A DNA stretch of 64,000 nt from Leptonemataceae bacterium (GTDB lineage Bacteria > Spirochaetota > Leptospiria > Leptospirales > Leptonemataceae): positions 192,001-256,000 of the forward strand of contig OZ245742.1 of NCBI GenBank assembly GCA_965227295.1, given 5' to 3'. Below the pieces are notes generated by a model. It worked only from the letters and a program-made list of their open reading frames with translations. It did no database searches and was not told the DNA's origin. The position numbers and the translations under genes were made by a program. Numbering within the stretch: the stretch's first letter is position 1; every line of letters begins with the position of its first letter. Shown here in pieces: positions 27,909-38,040 of this stretch.

Positions 27909-28763
27909 ATGTATGCCATCGGTGAGTTCTCACGCAGGACGGGGTTGTCCATCCGGGCGCTGCGTTTTTATGATCGCGAAGGCATCCTGCGTCCCGCCCT
28001 GGTCGACGAAGACACGGGCTATCGTTATTACCAGCCCACCCAAATGCTCGACGCGGAGAAGATTGTCTTCTATCGCAACTGCGATCTACCCGTAAAGACC
28101 ATCGGGGAGCTCTTAAAGGCCCAGGCCGTGGGCGACGAACCGACGATCTTACGCATCCTGGAAGAGCACGAGGAAACTTTGCGCGAGCGCACGGCCAGCA
28201 TGCAACGCATGCAACGCTGGCTGCGAAACCTGCGACTGGAACACGCCGACGGAGTCGCTGACCGCCACGCCGGGGGCACCATTGAGATCGTCGACGCCCG
28301 GCCGCGGACCGTGGTGGTATCGAAGGGTTTCGGCGGCTACGATGACGTCTTTCCCCTCATCGAAGAGCTGATCGACTTCGCACTGTCGCAGGCGGATTTG
28401 AAGATCGACGGGCATCCGATGTTGCTCTGGGGCGAGGCCCTGGACGCGGATCGAACGCGCGGAGGGGCGACGGCCGTAGAAGTGGCCGTGCCGGTGACAG
28501 GGCGTTTCCGGCCCACGACGGAGCTGTTGCGTCGCAAGCTGACGGGCGGCCCCGTGGCCCGCCTCGTGTTTCGCGGTCCGCGCTCGGAATCCGGAGTGCA
28601 CTACGAGCGATTGTTCAGCTGGATCTTCGAGAACGACTGCCGGATTAGCGGTGGGTTTCGCGAGATCTTTTTGAATAGCCCCCGGGATGTAGGCGAGGCG
28701 CAGTATCTGACCGAACTCCAGGTCCCGGTGCTGGTGCCGGAGGCCAGGCGCGGCTCACAATAA
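27909..28763 (+). CDS. MerR-family regulator with GyrI-like effector domain (BmrR-like)
   Basis: MYAIGEFSRRTGLSIRALRFYDREGILRP..VDEDTGYRYY; C-terminal REIFL...YLTELQVPV. Confidence 0.9.
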   Translation: MYAIGEFSRRTGLSIRALRFYDREGILRPALVDEDTGYRYYQPTQMLDAEKIVFYRNCDLPVKTIGELLKAQAVGDEPTILRILEEHEETLRERTASMQRMQRWLRNLRLEHADGVADRHAGGTIEIVDARPRTVVVSKGFGGYDDVFPLIEELIDFALSQADLKIDGHPMLLWGEALDADRTRGGATAVEVAVPVTGRFRPTTELLRRKLTGGPVARLVFRGPRSESGVHYERLFSWIFENDCRISGGFREIFLNSPRDVGEAQYLTELQVPVLVPEARRGSQ

Positions 28764-28771
28764 GAAAACAC

Positions 28772-29146
28772 TCAGTTATCGCTGGTGTATCCGGCCAGAG
28801 CGACGGTAACGGGAATGGAGTCCGGATAAAAGGCGAGGCGCACGAATAGATACTCCTCTCCGTCGCCCGGTTCCGCGATCTCCGGATCCCCGCTCTTGCG
28901 AATGAATCCTTCCAGCAGAACTTCGCCGCCGTCGCCGGGAATCAAACGGCCGCGCAACAATGTGTACAGAACTTCGATGGAATCCTGCGCCGGCCGGTAG
29001 ACCGTAAACAGATCACCGTCGGACTCGACATATACCGAATTCTGCAACTCCCCGTTCAACAACATCCGCCCTTTCATACGTACCCTCAACCTGATAGGGA
29101 ACAGCACTGCATCAAATGTCAAGTAGTTAATCATTACTAGCGGCAT
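28772..29146 (-). CDS. Hypothetical protein (start uncertain)
   Basis: Protein-like C-terminal ~100 aa filling the gap between genes; no motif recognised. Confidence 0.5.
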   Translation of the reverse strand: MPLVMINYLTFDAVLFPIRLRVRMKGRMLLNGELQNSVYVESDGDLFTVYRPAQDSIEVLYTLLRGRLIPGDGGEVLLEGFIRKSGDPEIAEPGDGEEYLFVRLAFYPDSIPVTVALAGYTSDN

Positions 29147-29379
29147 TTTATTATTATGAATACTACAGGAAGCATCAATTCTGCTGACGTTTCGCCGCCC
29201 CTGGGTAATTTTATTAAGTATTACATAACGATTCTTCCGGCGCCAGGCACCTGCACGCTTTTTCGGAAAAAGCCGGCTCGATGAAAGAGTCTGCAACTTC
29301 GAGGAAAAAAACGGCCCTGCCGCAGCGAGCCGGATCGTTTCGCGCTGGTGACCGCCCTGCACGGCGAATGCAGTAAGCC

Positions 29380-30588
29380 ATGCCTTCGCCACAAACTGTC
29401 GTTTTTTCGGTACTTCGCGGCTTTGCTCCGCCGGCCCTTTTGATTTGCATCGCCGCCTGCGGCCTCTTTGTTTCCCAGGAACATCCGCCTTCCCTCGAGG
29501 CCGGCGAAAACGTGGATGTACCCGCGGCCGTGCTCTACAGCTTCGGCAAACTCAGCGCCGACGGTACGACCCTGCGTACCGGAGATACGGCGCCGGGTGG
29601 TTCCCTCGTCAGCACCGGTCGACGCTCCCTGGGAAATCTGCAACTCCGGCGCACGGGAGCGCGCATCGTCTTTCTAATGCGTGAGAATGCAGAGTTAAGC
29701 CTGCGCGCCCGTCGCCGGGGTTCGGTGATGGACGTGCGCCCCATGCTGCGTCGCGGCGAAGCCCTGGTCAAAGTCGAAGGCCTCGAACCCGGCAGCGAAC
29801 GCCTGATCGTGCATACGCCGTCGGCGCGCATCGAAGTTCGCGGCACCCGCTTTCGCCTGAGCGCGGACCCGGACCAGGACTCGCGCACCGATCTCGCCGT
29901 ACACGAGGGCCGGGTCAGCGTCCGCCCGCGCATGGCGGCGCTGGAAGATCTTTCGCCGGAAATCCTGGAACGCAGTCGCGAGGCCGCGAAGCTGATCGGT
30001 TTCCTCGATCGCCACGAAACCACGGTCAACGCCGGAGAAGCCGTCGCCTTCGATTCCGGGGAAGCCGTAGCCGCGGCCCTGGAGCAGGCCCCGGAACTAA
30101 GACAAACTCTTGTGAAGTTAAGCAAACTGGACGTTTCGGGCGATCCGGCAGTCGCGGAGCAGGCCGCCCGGAAACTGGATGCAAGCCTGAGCGAAAACCG
30201 GAGCCGGGAACTGGAACAACTTGCAGCCGCCGTCGCACAAGAAGGGCCGGAGCGCCGGGAACTCTCCGCGGCGGAGCTGGACTCGGCGGCGAAAGAGTAT
30301 GCTTCCATGGTGACCGTGGAATCCGAAGTACTGAACGACCCGGCCCGCCTGAATACCAGGCTCAAGCAGATCGAAACGGAGCGCCGGGCAGAACAGGCCA
30401 CCGCCCGGGAACAGGCCCTCCAGAGGATCGCCCGGGAGACCGGCGGCTCCGTTCGGGTACTGCTGCTCATGAACGGCTCCAGCGTACGCGGTGTCGTACA
30501 GGAACAGGGCGAAGACTATCTTTTGATCACTCCGGAATCGCGGCGCGTCTACAAACGCGCCGAGGTCAAGCAGGTGCTGCTGCGGTGA
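29380..30588 (+). CDS. FecR-domain protein, probable lipoprotein (LipL45-like)
   Basis: VHTPSARIEVRGTRF...VHEGRVSV FecR pattern; ICIAAC lipobox-like signal; helical C-terminal half. Confidence 0.72.
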   Translation: MPSPQTVVFSVLRGFAPPALLICIAACGLFVSQEHPPSLEAGENVDVPAAVLYSFGKLSADGTTLRTGDTAPGGSLVSTGRRSLGNLQLRRTGARIVFLMRENAELSLRARRRGSVMDVRPMLRRGEALVKVEGLEPGSERLIVHTPSARIEVRGTRFRLSADPDQDSRTDLAVHEGRVSVRPRMAALEDLSPEILERSREAAKLIGFLDRHETTVNAGEAVAFDSGEAVAAALEQAPELRQTLVKLSKLDVSGDPAVAEQAARKLDASLSENRSRELEQLAAAVAQEGPERRELSAAELDSAAKEYASMVTVESEVLNDPARLNTRLKQIETERRAEQATAREQALQRIARETGGSVRVLLLMNGSSVRGVVQEQGEDYLLITPESRRVYKRAEVKQVLLR

Positions 30589-30741
30589 GCATGCTCCCGA
30601 AACGTGGTGCATCCCGCGGCGATCCCGCCTGACGACGATTCACCCCGCCGCGCAGACCGTTCGCCCCGCTTTTTTTGCGTTTCGGCGCCGTCGCGGGTAT
30701 GGTATGCTTCTAAAATCTCACTCAACCATAAGGCTTCTGTA

Positions 30742-32238
30742 ATGTTTAAGAAAATTGCTATCGCCCTTGTCGTCGCCCTCGCGGCGTACGGCATCTATTT
30801 TGTGTTCGGCGCTCGCATTGAAGCGACGACGGACGTGGAGTTTTCCGCGGAATTCATACACGCGGACAAATACTGCGCGGACAAAGAAGTCACCACACTG
30901 AACTTCCAGCCCGGCCAGGAAACGGCCATTCAGGACGCGCTCAACTCGCTCAGCGAATGCACCACGGTCAACTTCGGAGCGGGTACGTATAAGTTCGGCA
31001 ACTCGGTGACCATCAACGGCATGAACGGCATCACCCTGAAGGGTGCCGGCAAGGAGCAGACGACGATCCAGTTCGTAAACGCCGGCAACGGCAACGGGGT
31101 GGACGTCGAATCCTCGCACTCCTTCACAATCCGCGATCTCACGATTCTCGACAGCCCGAAGAACGGCCTGGAGATTCGCCTCTCGGACAACATCATCATC
31201 GACAACATCAAGGTCACCTGGTCGAACACTTCCGGGCCGGCGAAAAGCAAAAACGGTGCCTACGGCGTGTATCCCGTAAACGTGAAGAACGTCCTGCTTC
31301 AGAACACGGACACCTACTTCGCCTCGGACGCCGGCCTCTACGTGGGCCAGTGCGTTAACGCCGTCGTACGGTACAATACGGCCGAACAAAACGTGATGGG
31401 CCTCGAGATCGAGAACACCGTCAACGCCGACGTCTACGAGAATACGGTCCAGAACAACACCGGCGGCCTGCTCGTGTACGATCTCAACAAGAACACCATC
31501 GTCACACGCAACATTCGCTTTCACAAGAATGTCGTGAAGAACAACAACAATCCGAACTTCGGGAACGCCGGCATCGTGAAAAGCGTGCCGTCCGGGGTGG
31601 GCTTCATCATCACGTCGGCACGCGAGGTCGAGGTCTTCGACAACGTCTTCGAAAACAACAACAGCGTGGACATCGCCGTCGTGAGCGGCCTGGTCGCGGT
31701 AACCTCGGACTTCGGTGAATGGGAACAGAATAACTTCCGTACGCATTCCATTTATATTCACGACAACACCTTCAACGGCGGCAGCGGCGACTCCATCGAC
31801 AACGGTGAGACGAATGCCCAGGACCGCCCCCTGGGCGTGCTGGTGGACATGGTCTACGAACAAATCAACAACGTGCGCAAAGAAAAAGGCCAGGCGCCGA
31901 CGGACGTTCACAACGTCCTCTACGACGGCGTGGACGACGGCAAGACGATCCTGGCGCTCACGAACACCTGGTTCGGCAACGTCCCCGGCAATCACAACAA
32001 CATCTGCCTGGAGAATAACGACAAAGGCAAGGTCACTCCGTCGTTGATCGACATGAACCTGCCGGCGGTCATGGACAACGCCGAGGAACCGACGCCCGAA
32101 GGCATCCGCGCGGCGGTAGAAGGCGGGGACGTGGTCAGCTATACCGCCGAGGACAACTACGGCGGCGCGCCGGACGGCGGTTTCTCCTGCACGGGCTTCA
32201 AGGCCAAAGGCGTACCCGTGGAGGGCCTCGGAATCTAA
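30742..32238 (+). CDS. Parallel beta-helix repeat protein (TIGR03805-like)
   Basis: NGAYGVYPV, ASDAGLYVGQ, NVMGLEIENT..ADVYEN...NNTGGLLVYD, NNNPNF; N-terminal signal or anchor. Confidence 0.85.
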   Translation: MFKKIAIALVVALAAYGIYFVFGARIEATTDVEFSAEFIHADKYCADKEVTTLNFQPGQETAIQDALNSLSECTTVNFGAGTYKFGNSVTINGMNGITLKGAGKEQTTIQFVNAGNGNGVDVESSHSFTIRDLTILDSPKNGLEIRLSDNIIIDNIKVTWSNTSGPAKSKNGAYGVYPVNVKNVLLQNTDTYFASDAGLYVGQCVNAVVRYNTAEQNVMGLEIENTVNADVYENTVQNNTGGLLVYDLNKNTIVTRNIRFHKNVVKNNNNPNFGNAGIVKSVPSGVGFIITSAREVEVFDNVFENNNSVDIAVVSGLVAVTSDFGEWEQNNFRTHSIYIHDNTFNGGSGDSIDNGETNAQDRPLGVLVDMVYEQINNVRKEKGQAPTDVHNVLYDGVDDGKTILALTNTWFGNVPGNHNNICLENNDKGKVTPSLIDMNLPAVMDNAEEPTPEGIRAAVEGGDVVSYTAEDNYGGAPDGGFSCTGFKAKGVPVEGLGI

Positions 32239-32250
32239 CCTGCCCCTTTT

Positions 32251-32290
32251 GTACCTTAGAGGCGCGGAGAATTTTGCGCCTCTAAGGTAC
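32251..32290. other. Perfect 15-bp intergenic hairpin inside an apparent operon
   Basis: gtaccttagaggcgc - 10 nt - gcgcctctaaggtac; no following T-run. Confidence 0.75.
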
Positions 32291-32304
32291 CTGGAAGGAT
32301 TCGA

Positions 32305-33414
32305 ATGATTTTTACCATGAGATACATTGCCACCATTACACTATTCGCCACGACCCTCGCCTGCTCCACATCTCACAAACCGGATCCGAACGCAAAGCCG
32401 ATCCCGATCCACAAGAATCTTTCGGCCTACGGTTTGTTCCAGGACATGAGCGAACCGGGCGGGCAGCCGGCCGTGGTCGCCGGGGCCGTGGTCTACGACT
32501 TAAACACGGCCCTGTTCTCCGACTACGCCCTGAAGCATCGCTCGATCCACATTCCCGAAGGCAAGGCCGCGATCTATCGCGATCCGGACGTCTTTGATTT
32601 TCCCGTGGGTACCGTGATTACGAAAACGTTTTCGTTTCCGAAAGATTTTCGCGAGCCCGCCAGAGATGTGAAGCGCATCGAAACGCGGCTGTTGATCCGC
32701 CAGCCCGACGGCTGGGTCGCCGTGCCGTACGTCTGGAACGATGAACAAAGCGAGGCAACCACGGCCTTCGGCGGCCGCAAGATCGACATGGCCTTCATCG
32801 ATGAAAACGGCGAAACAGTGGAGTTCCAGTACGCCGTGCCGGCGAAGAACCAATGCGCAACCTGCCATCATATGTACGCAGGCGAAGATGCACGCACGCA
32901 GGTGATTACGCCCATCGGCCCGAAGGCGCGTCACATCAATCGCACTTACGCGTACGAAGACGGCGAAGAAAACCAGATCGAACGCCTGGCGCGCCTGGAA
33001 AAACTCACCGGCCTGCCCTGGCTCGGCAGTCCGCCGGCCCTGCCGCGCATGGACGACGAAAGCGTACCCGTCGCCGATCGTGCCCGGGCCTACATGGACA
33101 TCAACTGCGGTCACTGCCACAACGTGAACAGCTCCGCCGGCATCAACTCCAGGCTGATCTTAGATTATCATGAAGCTGACTTAACGAACCTGGGTGTCTG
33201 CAAGATGCCCGGTTCCGCCGGCAAGGGCGGCGGCGGCCTGACGTACGACGTCGTTCCCGGTGAGCCGGAGAAATCCATTCTCTACTTTCGCACCGCCACC
33301 ACGGATCCCGGCGCTATGATGCCGCAACTCGGTCGGGCCCTGGCCCACGAGGAAGGGGCGCAGTTGATCTACGAATGGATCAAAGGCATGGAGAGCCGGA
33401 ACTGCGATAACTGA
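32305..33414 (+). CDS. SO2930-family diheme c-type cytochrome lipoprotein (TIGR03806-like)
   Basis: TLAC lipobox; YDLNTALFSDYA, FPVGTVITKTF, RIETRLL; heme motifs CATCH and CGHCH; MMPQLGR. Confidence 0.85.
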   Translation: MIFTMRYIATITLFATTLACSTSHKPDPNAKPIPIHKNLSAYGLFQDMSEPGGQPAVVAGAVVYDLNTALFSDYALKHRSIHIPEGKAAIYRDPDVFDFPVGTVITKTFSFPKDFREPARDVKRIETRLLIRQPDGWVAVPYVWNDEQSEATTAFGGRKIDMAFIDENGETVEFQYAVPAKNQCATCHHMYAGEDARTQVITPIGPKARHINRTYAYEDGEENQIERLARLEKLTGLPWLGSPPALPRMDDESVPVADRARAYMDINCGHCHNVNSSAGINSRLILDYHEADLTNLGVCKMPGSAGKGGGGLTYDVVPGEPEKSILYFRTATTDPGAMMPQLGRALAHEEGAQLIYEWIKGMESRNCDN

Positions 33415-33475
33415 AAGCAGCCCTGGTTATGTGCTTGTCTCCGGACGGCCGACGTGTCGTTCTGAGACAAGCACG

Positions 33476-34828
33476 ATGAAAGAATTCTTGCAATTCCACG
33501 TTCGCTTTGCGCTTTCTTTTTTTCGCCGGGCGAAGCGTCTCTCCGCCGGCGAGCTGGGCGAAGATTTCGTGCGCTCCTCGTACCTTGAGATCTATACGGT
33601 CCTGCGTTATCTTTATCTGTTTTTGCCGTTCATCTTCACGCCCTTCGTCATATTCGACCTCTACATGCACTTCGTCCTGGGCAGCGACAACATGCGGTTG
33701 CTGGTCTTCAACGCGTTGTTCTACGTCGCGCTCTTTACCATGCTCATCGCCATGAGCATGACGCCCCTGCATACCGGCGAGCGCGCGGTGCGCATGCTGA
33801 AATTCGTCTGCCGCGCGGCGGCGCTTGTCCTCGCGTGCAGCGGCGCGGTACAATCCGTCACGATTCTGAAAGGCAGCAACGACCTTTCGATCTTTACGGT
33901 GGCGGTACTCGGCGTAGCGGTAACGATGCGTTTTCCGGACGCCACGCGGCTGTTCATTTACGGCGCCTGTTATTCGATCCTGTACGGATACATGTGGCTC
34001 GGCAACCACTTCGATTCGGTGCTCTTCCAGAACTCGCTCTTCGTTTTAATGATCGCTCTGATCTTCGACCGCGTTTCGTACTTCGCCTCCGCCAACAACT
34101 TTCTGAAGACCCGGCGCATCTTAGAGCTCAACGACCTGCTGGTCGAAGAGGATCTGAACAAGAGCCACATGCTGGGCATCGCCATCCACGATCTCAAGAG
34201 CCCGCTCTCCGGCATCGCCGCGACTTCGCGCCTGCTCAAAGAAAATCCCGACGACTTTCCGCCGGAGGAACGCCGCGAGATTCTGGAAGAGATAGAGGCC
34301 TCGGCGCATCGTTTGTTCGGCAACGTGGAACAGCTTGTGAATCTCGCGTCCCTCAACGCCAGCGATGCCCGACCCACCAGCGATGCCTTCGACGCCGGCG
34401 AAATGATTCGCGAGACCGTACGCAATCATTCCTACCAGGCCTCGTTCAAGGACATCACCATTTACACGAAGTTCGCCCGGAACGTACTGCCGCTCAAGTC
34501 CGATCGCGCTCTCGCCTCGCGCATTCTCGACAATCTACTTTCCAACGCGATCAAGTTCTCCCCGCCCGAGTCCAGCGTATGGGTGCGCGCCGACCGGAAC
34601 GATGCGGAAAAACAACTGACCTTCGAGGTGATCGACGAAGGACCCGGTTTTTCCGCCGGCGACAGGGAACGACTCTTTACTCCGTACAAACGTTCAGCGA
34701 GCGGCGGCTTAGGATTGTACCTGGCGAAGCAACTCTGCGACAAGTTGGGCGGTGAACTCGAACTGGCGGCGGAGAGCGGCGACGAGATCGGCGCGCGCTT
34801 CGTGGTCCGACTGCCGGATTTAGGCTGA
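33476..34828 (+). CDS. Membrane sensor histidine kinase
   Basis: Multiple TMs; HDLKSPL H-box, NLLSNAIKFS N-box, DEGPGF, GGLGLY. Confidence 0.9.
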   Translation: MKEFLQFHVRFALSFFRRAKRLSAGELGEDFVRSSYLEIYTVLRYLYLFLPFIFTPFVIFDLYMHFVLGSDNMRLLVFNALFYVALFTMLIAMSMTPLHTGERAVRMLKFVCRAAALVLACSGAVQSVTILKGSNDLSIFTVAVLGVAVTMRFPDATRLFIYGACYSILYGYMWLGNHFDSVLFQNSLFVLMIALIFDRVSYFASANNFLKTRRILELNDLLVEEDLNKSHMLGIAIHDLKSPLSGIAATSRLLKENPDDFPPEERREILEEIEASAHRLFGNVEQLVNLASLNASDARPTSDAFDAGEMIRETVRNHSYQASFKDITIYTKFARNVLPLKSDRALASRILDNLLSNAIKFSPPESSVWVRADRNDAEKQLTFEVIDEGPGFSAGDRERLFTPYKRSASGGLGLYLAKQLCDKLGGELELAAESGDEIGARFVVRLPDLG

Positions 34829-34830
34829 TC

Positions 34831-35547
34831 TTACATTAAGATCTTACGCAGCACGTTATACCGGGATCGGGAGCACGGCACCTCGTGAGAGTCGTCCATG
34901 ATCACGGTATACGTGTTGTTCTTCCCGCGGACGATGCGGCTGATTTCCGCCAGGTTCACAATGCAGCTCCGGTGCGAACGAAAAAAGTCCGAGTTCAGTT
35001 CTTCCATGAGGGAGTCGAGGGTCCGGCGCACCCGTTCCACCTCGCCGCCCTTAAGGTGTATGTCCGTGAAGTTACCGTCGGCTTCCAGGTAGAGAATGTC
35101 GCGAAAACGGAGGAGCTGGATTTGCCCGTCCGTTTTGATCGGCAGGCTGTTCTTCTGAAAGCCGCCGCCGTTTTGGGCGGCCTGCTTCATGCGTGCCACC
35201 GCGGTGAAGAAACGCTCGCGTGAAAACGGCTTGGCCACGAAGTCCACGACGCCGTGATTGAAAGCCTCGACGGCGCTCCGGGTGTCGGAGGACACGATGA
35301 TCGTATAAAAGCCGTTCTTTTCCGGTTGCCGGAGAATCTCAAAGCCGCTTTCGCCCTTGAGATTGATGTCCAGGATCAACAGATCGATGGCGTTCTCCTG
35401 CACGTAGCAGAGCGCCGGCGTCGCCTGTTCGAAAAGCGAGAACTGCACCGGTTGCGGGCGAAAGGCGTCCCGACAAAAATGCTGCAACGCCCGCGCCGTC
35501 AGCCGATCGTCCTCGGCGATGACGACCTTTACCGGCGAATCATTCAC
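34831..35547 (-). CDS. LytTR-family response regulator
   Basis: IAEDD, LILDI, VAKP receiver; ILYLEADGNF, FFRSHRSCIVN, VPCSR; GTG 35547 after GGAGAAGGA. Confidence 0.9.
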   Translation of the reverse strand: MNDSPVKVVIAEDDRLTARALQHFCRDAFRPQPVQFSLFEQATPALCYVQENAIDLLILDINLKGESGFEILRQPEKNGFYTIIVSSDTRSAVEAFNHGVVDFVAKPFSRERFFTAVARMKQAAQNGGGFQKNSLPIKTDGQIQLLRFRDILYLEADGNFTDIHLKGGEVERVRRTLDSLMEELNSDFFRSHRSCIVNLAEISRIVRGKNNTYTVIMDDSHEVPCSRSRYNVLRKILM

Positions 35548-36313
35548 AGCCGTCCTTCTCCGTAACTTGCGCCGGCGGATTCTTAGCGGCAGGTTCCAAC
35601 ATGGCGCGGATCTCTGCAAAGTCCGCGGCCTGGGGCGAGCCTTTTACACGCTCCGGGCTGAGGCGTTCGCCGATGGTGCGCCCTTCTTGATCTTTCAGCC
35701 CGGCGTGGGCGCCGGAACCGAGCAGGATTTTCACGACATCCACGCGCGCTTTCAGGCCCGCGGCGAAGAGCGGCGTCTCGCAAAACTGATCGCGAGCGTT
35801 GGCATCGGCACCGGCGGTGAGCAGTTGTTTCGTGGTGCCGCTTTCCCCGGCGGCGGCGGCGTAATGCAACGGAGTCCGTTCGAATTGATCGCTTCGATCG
35901 ACGTCGGCGCCCCACTCCAGGTACAGCGCAAGCAAATCCTCGCGACCGTTGCCGGCCGCCCAGGAAAGCGGCGTGCGCCCGCGGTTGTCCGGAACCTCGA
36001 CGCCGGCGGGCTGCGCCACGGCGCCCTGCATTTGTTTGTAGAGATAGCGCACGAGCTCCGGCTGTGCTGCTTTGCTCCGCGCGGCCAGGGCGAGAGCGTT
36101 GTTCCCCAGGCTGTCCTGCGCGCGCACCTGGGCCCCCCGCTCCTCCAGGTACTTCCGAACCTCGGCGAATTGCCCCTGGCGTACCGCCTCCAGATACAGC
36201 TCGTTCACACCGGCGGTGGTACCCACGGGACGCGGCTCCGGTTTTGCCTCACGTTCGCCGTGGCAACCCGCAAGAAAGATCATAAAAAATAACAAGAAAA
36301 TCAAACTACGCAT
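35540..36313 (-). CDS. Ankyrin-repeat lipoprotein
   Basis: FLAGC lipobox; GNNALALAA, GRTPLSWAA, RTPLHYAA, ETPLFAA repeats. Confidence 0.88.
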   Translation of the reverse strand: MRSLIFLLFFMIFLAGCHGEREAKPEPRPVGTTAGVNELYLEAVRQGQFAEVRKYLEERGAQVRAQDSLGNNALALAARSKAAQPELVRYLYKQMQGAVAQPAGVEVPDNRGRTPLSWAAGNGREDLLALYLEWGADVDRSDQFERTPLHYAAAAGESGTTKQLLTAGADANARDQFCETPLFAAGLKARVDVVKILLGSGAHAGLKDQEGRTIGERLSPERVKGSPQAADFAEIRAMLEPAAKNPPAQVTEKDGCE

Positions 36314-36350
36314 GGAACGCTCCAGAGTATAAGGGTCGGCGGGATAGTTG

Positions 36351-36390
36351 CAACAAAGAAATCGCCGGCGAGGCACACCCCGCCGGCGAT
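36351..36390 (-). terminator. Probable terminator downstream of the esterase gene
   Basis: 10-bp stem atcgccggcg / cgccggcgat followed on the minus strand by TTCTTTGTT. Confidence 0.65.
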
Positions 36391-36429
36391 AAAAGAGATT
36401 TCATGATTGTTCAGAGTTCGTTGAGAGGC

Positions 36430-37758
36430 TTACAGCGCGCCGTTGATCAGCGGCGCCACGATCTGCATACCGGGGTCTTCCGCGTTGTAAGCGTTCTCCG
36501 GTTCTACGATGCGCACCTGCTGGTTGTTGCCGACAAAACGATCCAGGAACTGATCCATGCCGACGAACTCGCTGTAGCACTTGTAGGTCTGACCCCAGGG
36601 CCATTCCAGGTACTCCCACCAGTGGCGTTTCTTTTCCATTTGAGAGCACGCGTGCGCGCCGATGAACGTGATGATCGTCGAGCAGTGTGACTCGTTGAGC
36701 TGGCGTTCCCAGGGTACGAAGTAGCTGTAGTTCGGATACTGGGACAGCTCGTTGAACAGCGCGTACTGGTCTTCCAGCCACTTCTCGTAAATGACGCTGT
36801 CCGGGGTCAGGCCGCCGTTCTCGCCGAAGAAACGCTGGTACGAATAGCGCGAGTAGTTGAAGTCACGCAGGTAGCCGGTGTAGGAGAGCTGGTCGTTCGG
36901 GAATTCCTGGGCCAGCATGCGGTTGATGCTGCCGAAGTCGTTCGGATCGAACGTGGCCGGCAGTTGATCGAAGACCGTGTCGAGATCCCAGGCCGCACGG
37001 ATGGTATCGTGCAGGGGACGCGAGTTGTAGTTCGAATTCGGCGCCAGGTGAATAGGGCCGGAGTCGTTGATCGCGTATCCCTTCGCCGGATTCACGATGC
37101 GGCGGATTTGGTAGTAACCCGCGGAGGTCGCCGTACCGCCGGCCGAGTAACCGGTAATGACAAGTTTCTGTACGTTAGGGAATTTCTGTTTCGTGTAGTT
37201 GGCCGCCGCCAGGGTGTTGTTGTAACCGGCGTGGTTCCAGACCAGCGGCGGTTCCTGACCGGTGGGGTCGGTGTAGGTTACCGTCTTGTTGCCGACGTGC
37301 ACGTCACCGGTGCAGTACGGAAGATAGACGACGTTCCAGCCCTGGGTCACGAGATCGGTCGAAGACCGACCGGGCAGACCCGGGTCCTTGCCGTTCACCA
37401 GCGGTGATACGTACTGCGGGACGAGCCCGTCCATGTAATCCGCCGGGATGCCGTTGCGGTTGGCCACGCCCAGAATGCCGAGACGACCGCTGCAACCTTC
37501 GTAGTCCCAGCATGCGCCGCCGCCTTCCATAAGAAACAGGACATTGGGGCTACCGGTATCGTGGACGAAGAACCGATACTGCGAACCGTTACCACACACG
37601 GTCCCGGGCAATTCTACGGTCTCCCAATTGTAATCGTTGCCGCCGTCGACGAGTCCTTCAATCAATGCATTCAGGACCGCCTCGGCGCGTAGTTGCGTGA
37701 ACGGCACTGCCGCCATCGCTGCCACGGCGAAAAACGCCGCGAATTTCCATTTTTTCAT
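36430..37758 (-). CDS. Secreted pectin acetylesterase/Notum-family hydrolase
   Basis: Signal peptide; [23 protein letters not shown], nucleophile GYSAGG, DSG; GGAGGAG RBS before ATG 37758. Confidence 0.85.
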   Translation of the reverse strand: MKKWKFAAFFAVAAMAAVPFTQLRAEAVLNALIEGLVDGGNDYNWETVELPGTVCGNGSQYRFFVHDTGSPNVLFLMEGGGACWDYEGCSGRLGILGVANRNGIPADYMDGLVPQYVSPLVNGKDPGLPGRSSTDLVTQGWNVVYLPYCTGDVHVGNKTVTYTDPTGQEPPLVWNHAGYNNTLAAANYTKQKFPNVQKLVITGYSAGGTATSAGYYQIRRIVNPAKGYAINDSGPIHLAPNSNYNSRPLHDTIRAAWDLDTVFDQLPATFDPNDFGSINRMLAQEFPNDQLSYTGYLRDFNYSRYSYQRFFGENGGLTPDSVIYEKWLEDQYALFNELSQYPNYSYFVPWERQLNESHCSTIITFIGAHACSQMEKKRHWWEYLEWPWGQTYKCYSEFVGMDQFLDRFVGNNQQVRIVEPENAYNAEDPGMQIVAPLINGAL

Positions 37759-38040
37759 AATGAACACTCCTCCGAAATGGTGAAAGGAGTTTATGGCGTC
37801 CCCCGCCGGCGCGCCAGCAACGTGTGATCGATGGTCACTTACAGTACGTGAACGGTATGGCTTCTTTTGGCTTCGCAAGGACTCACCAGGCTTACTAAAG
37901 ATTATCAACTATGGAGAAATCTTACCGCATACCGTTCACCCCGGCGTTGGAACCATCCGTCCCGCGCAAGTTGCGCATCGCATTCGGCCGTCCTATCATC
38001 CGCCTACACCAGTTTGAGTTGATACACACAGGAAGAGTTT

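Noticed and set aside
30718-31995. 425-aa minus-strand ORF, and similar antisense ORFs at 8449, 22928, 46985 and 57060
   Set aside because: Stop-poor antisense frames expected in high-GC3 genes; the opposite strand has clear family motifs.
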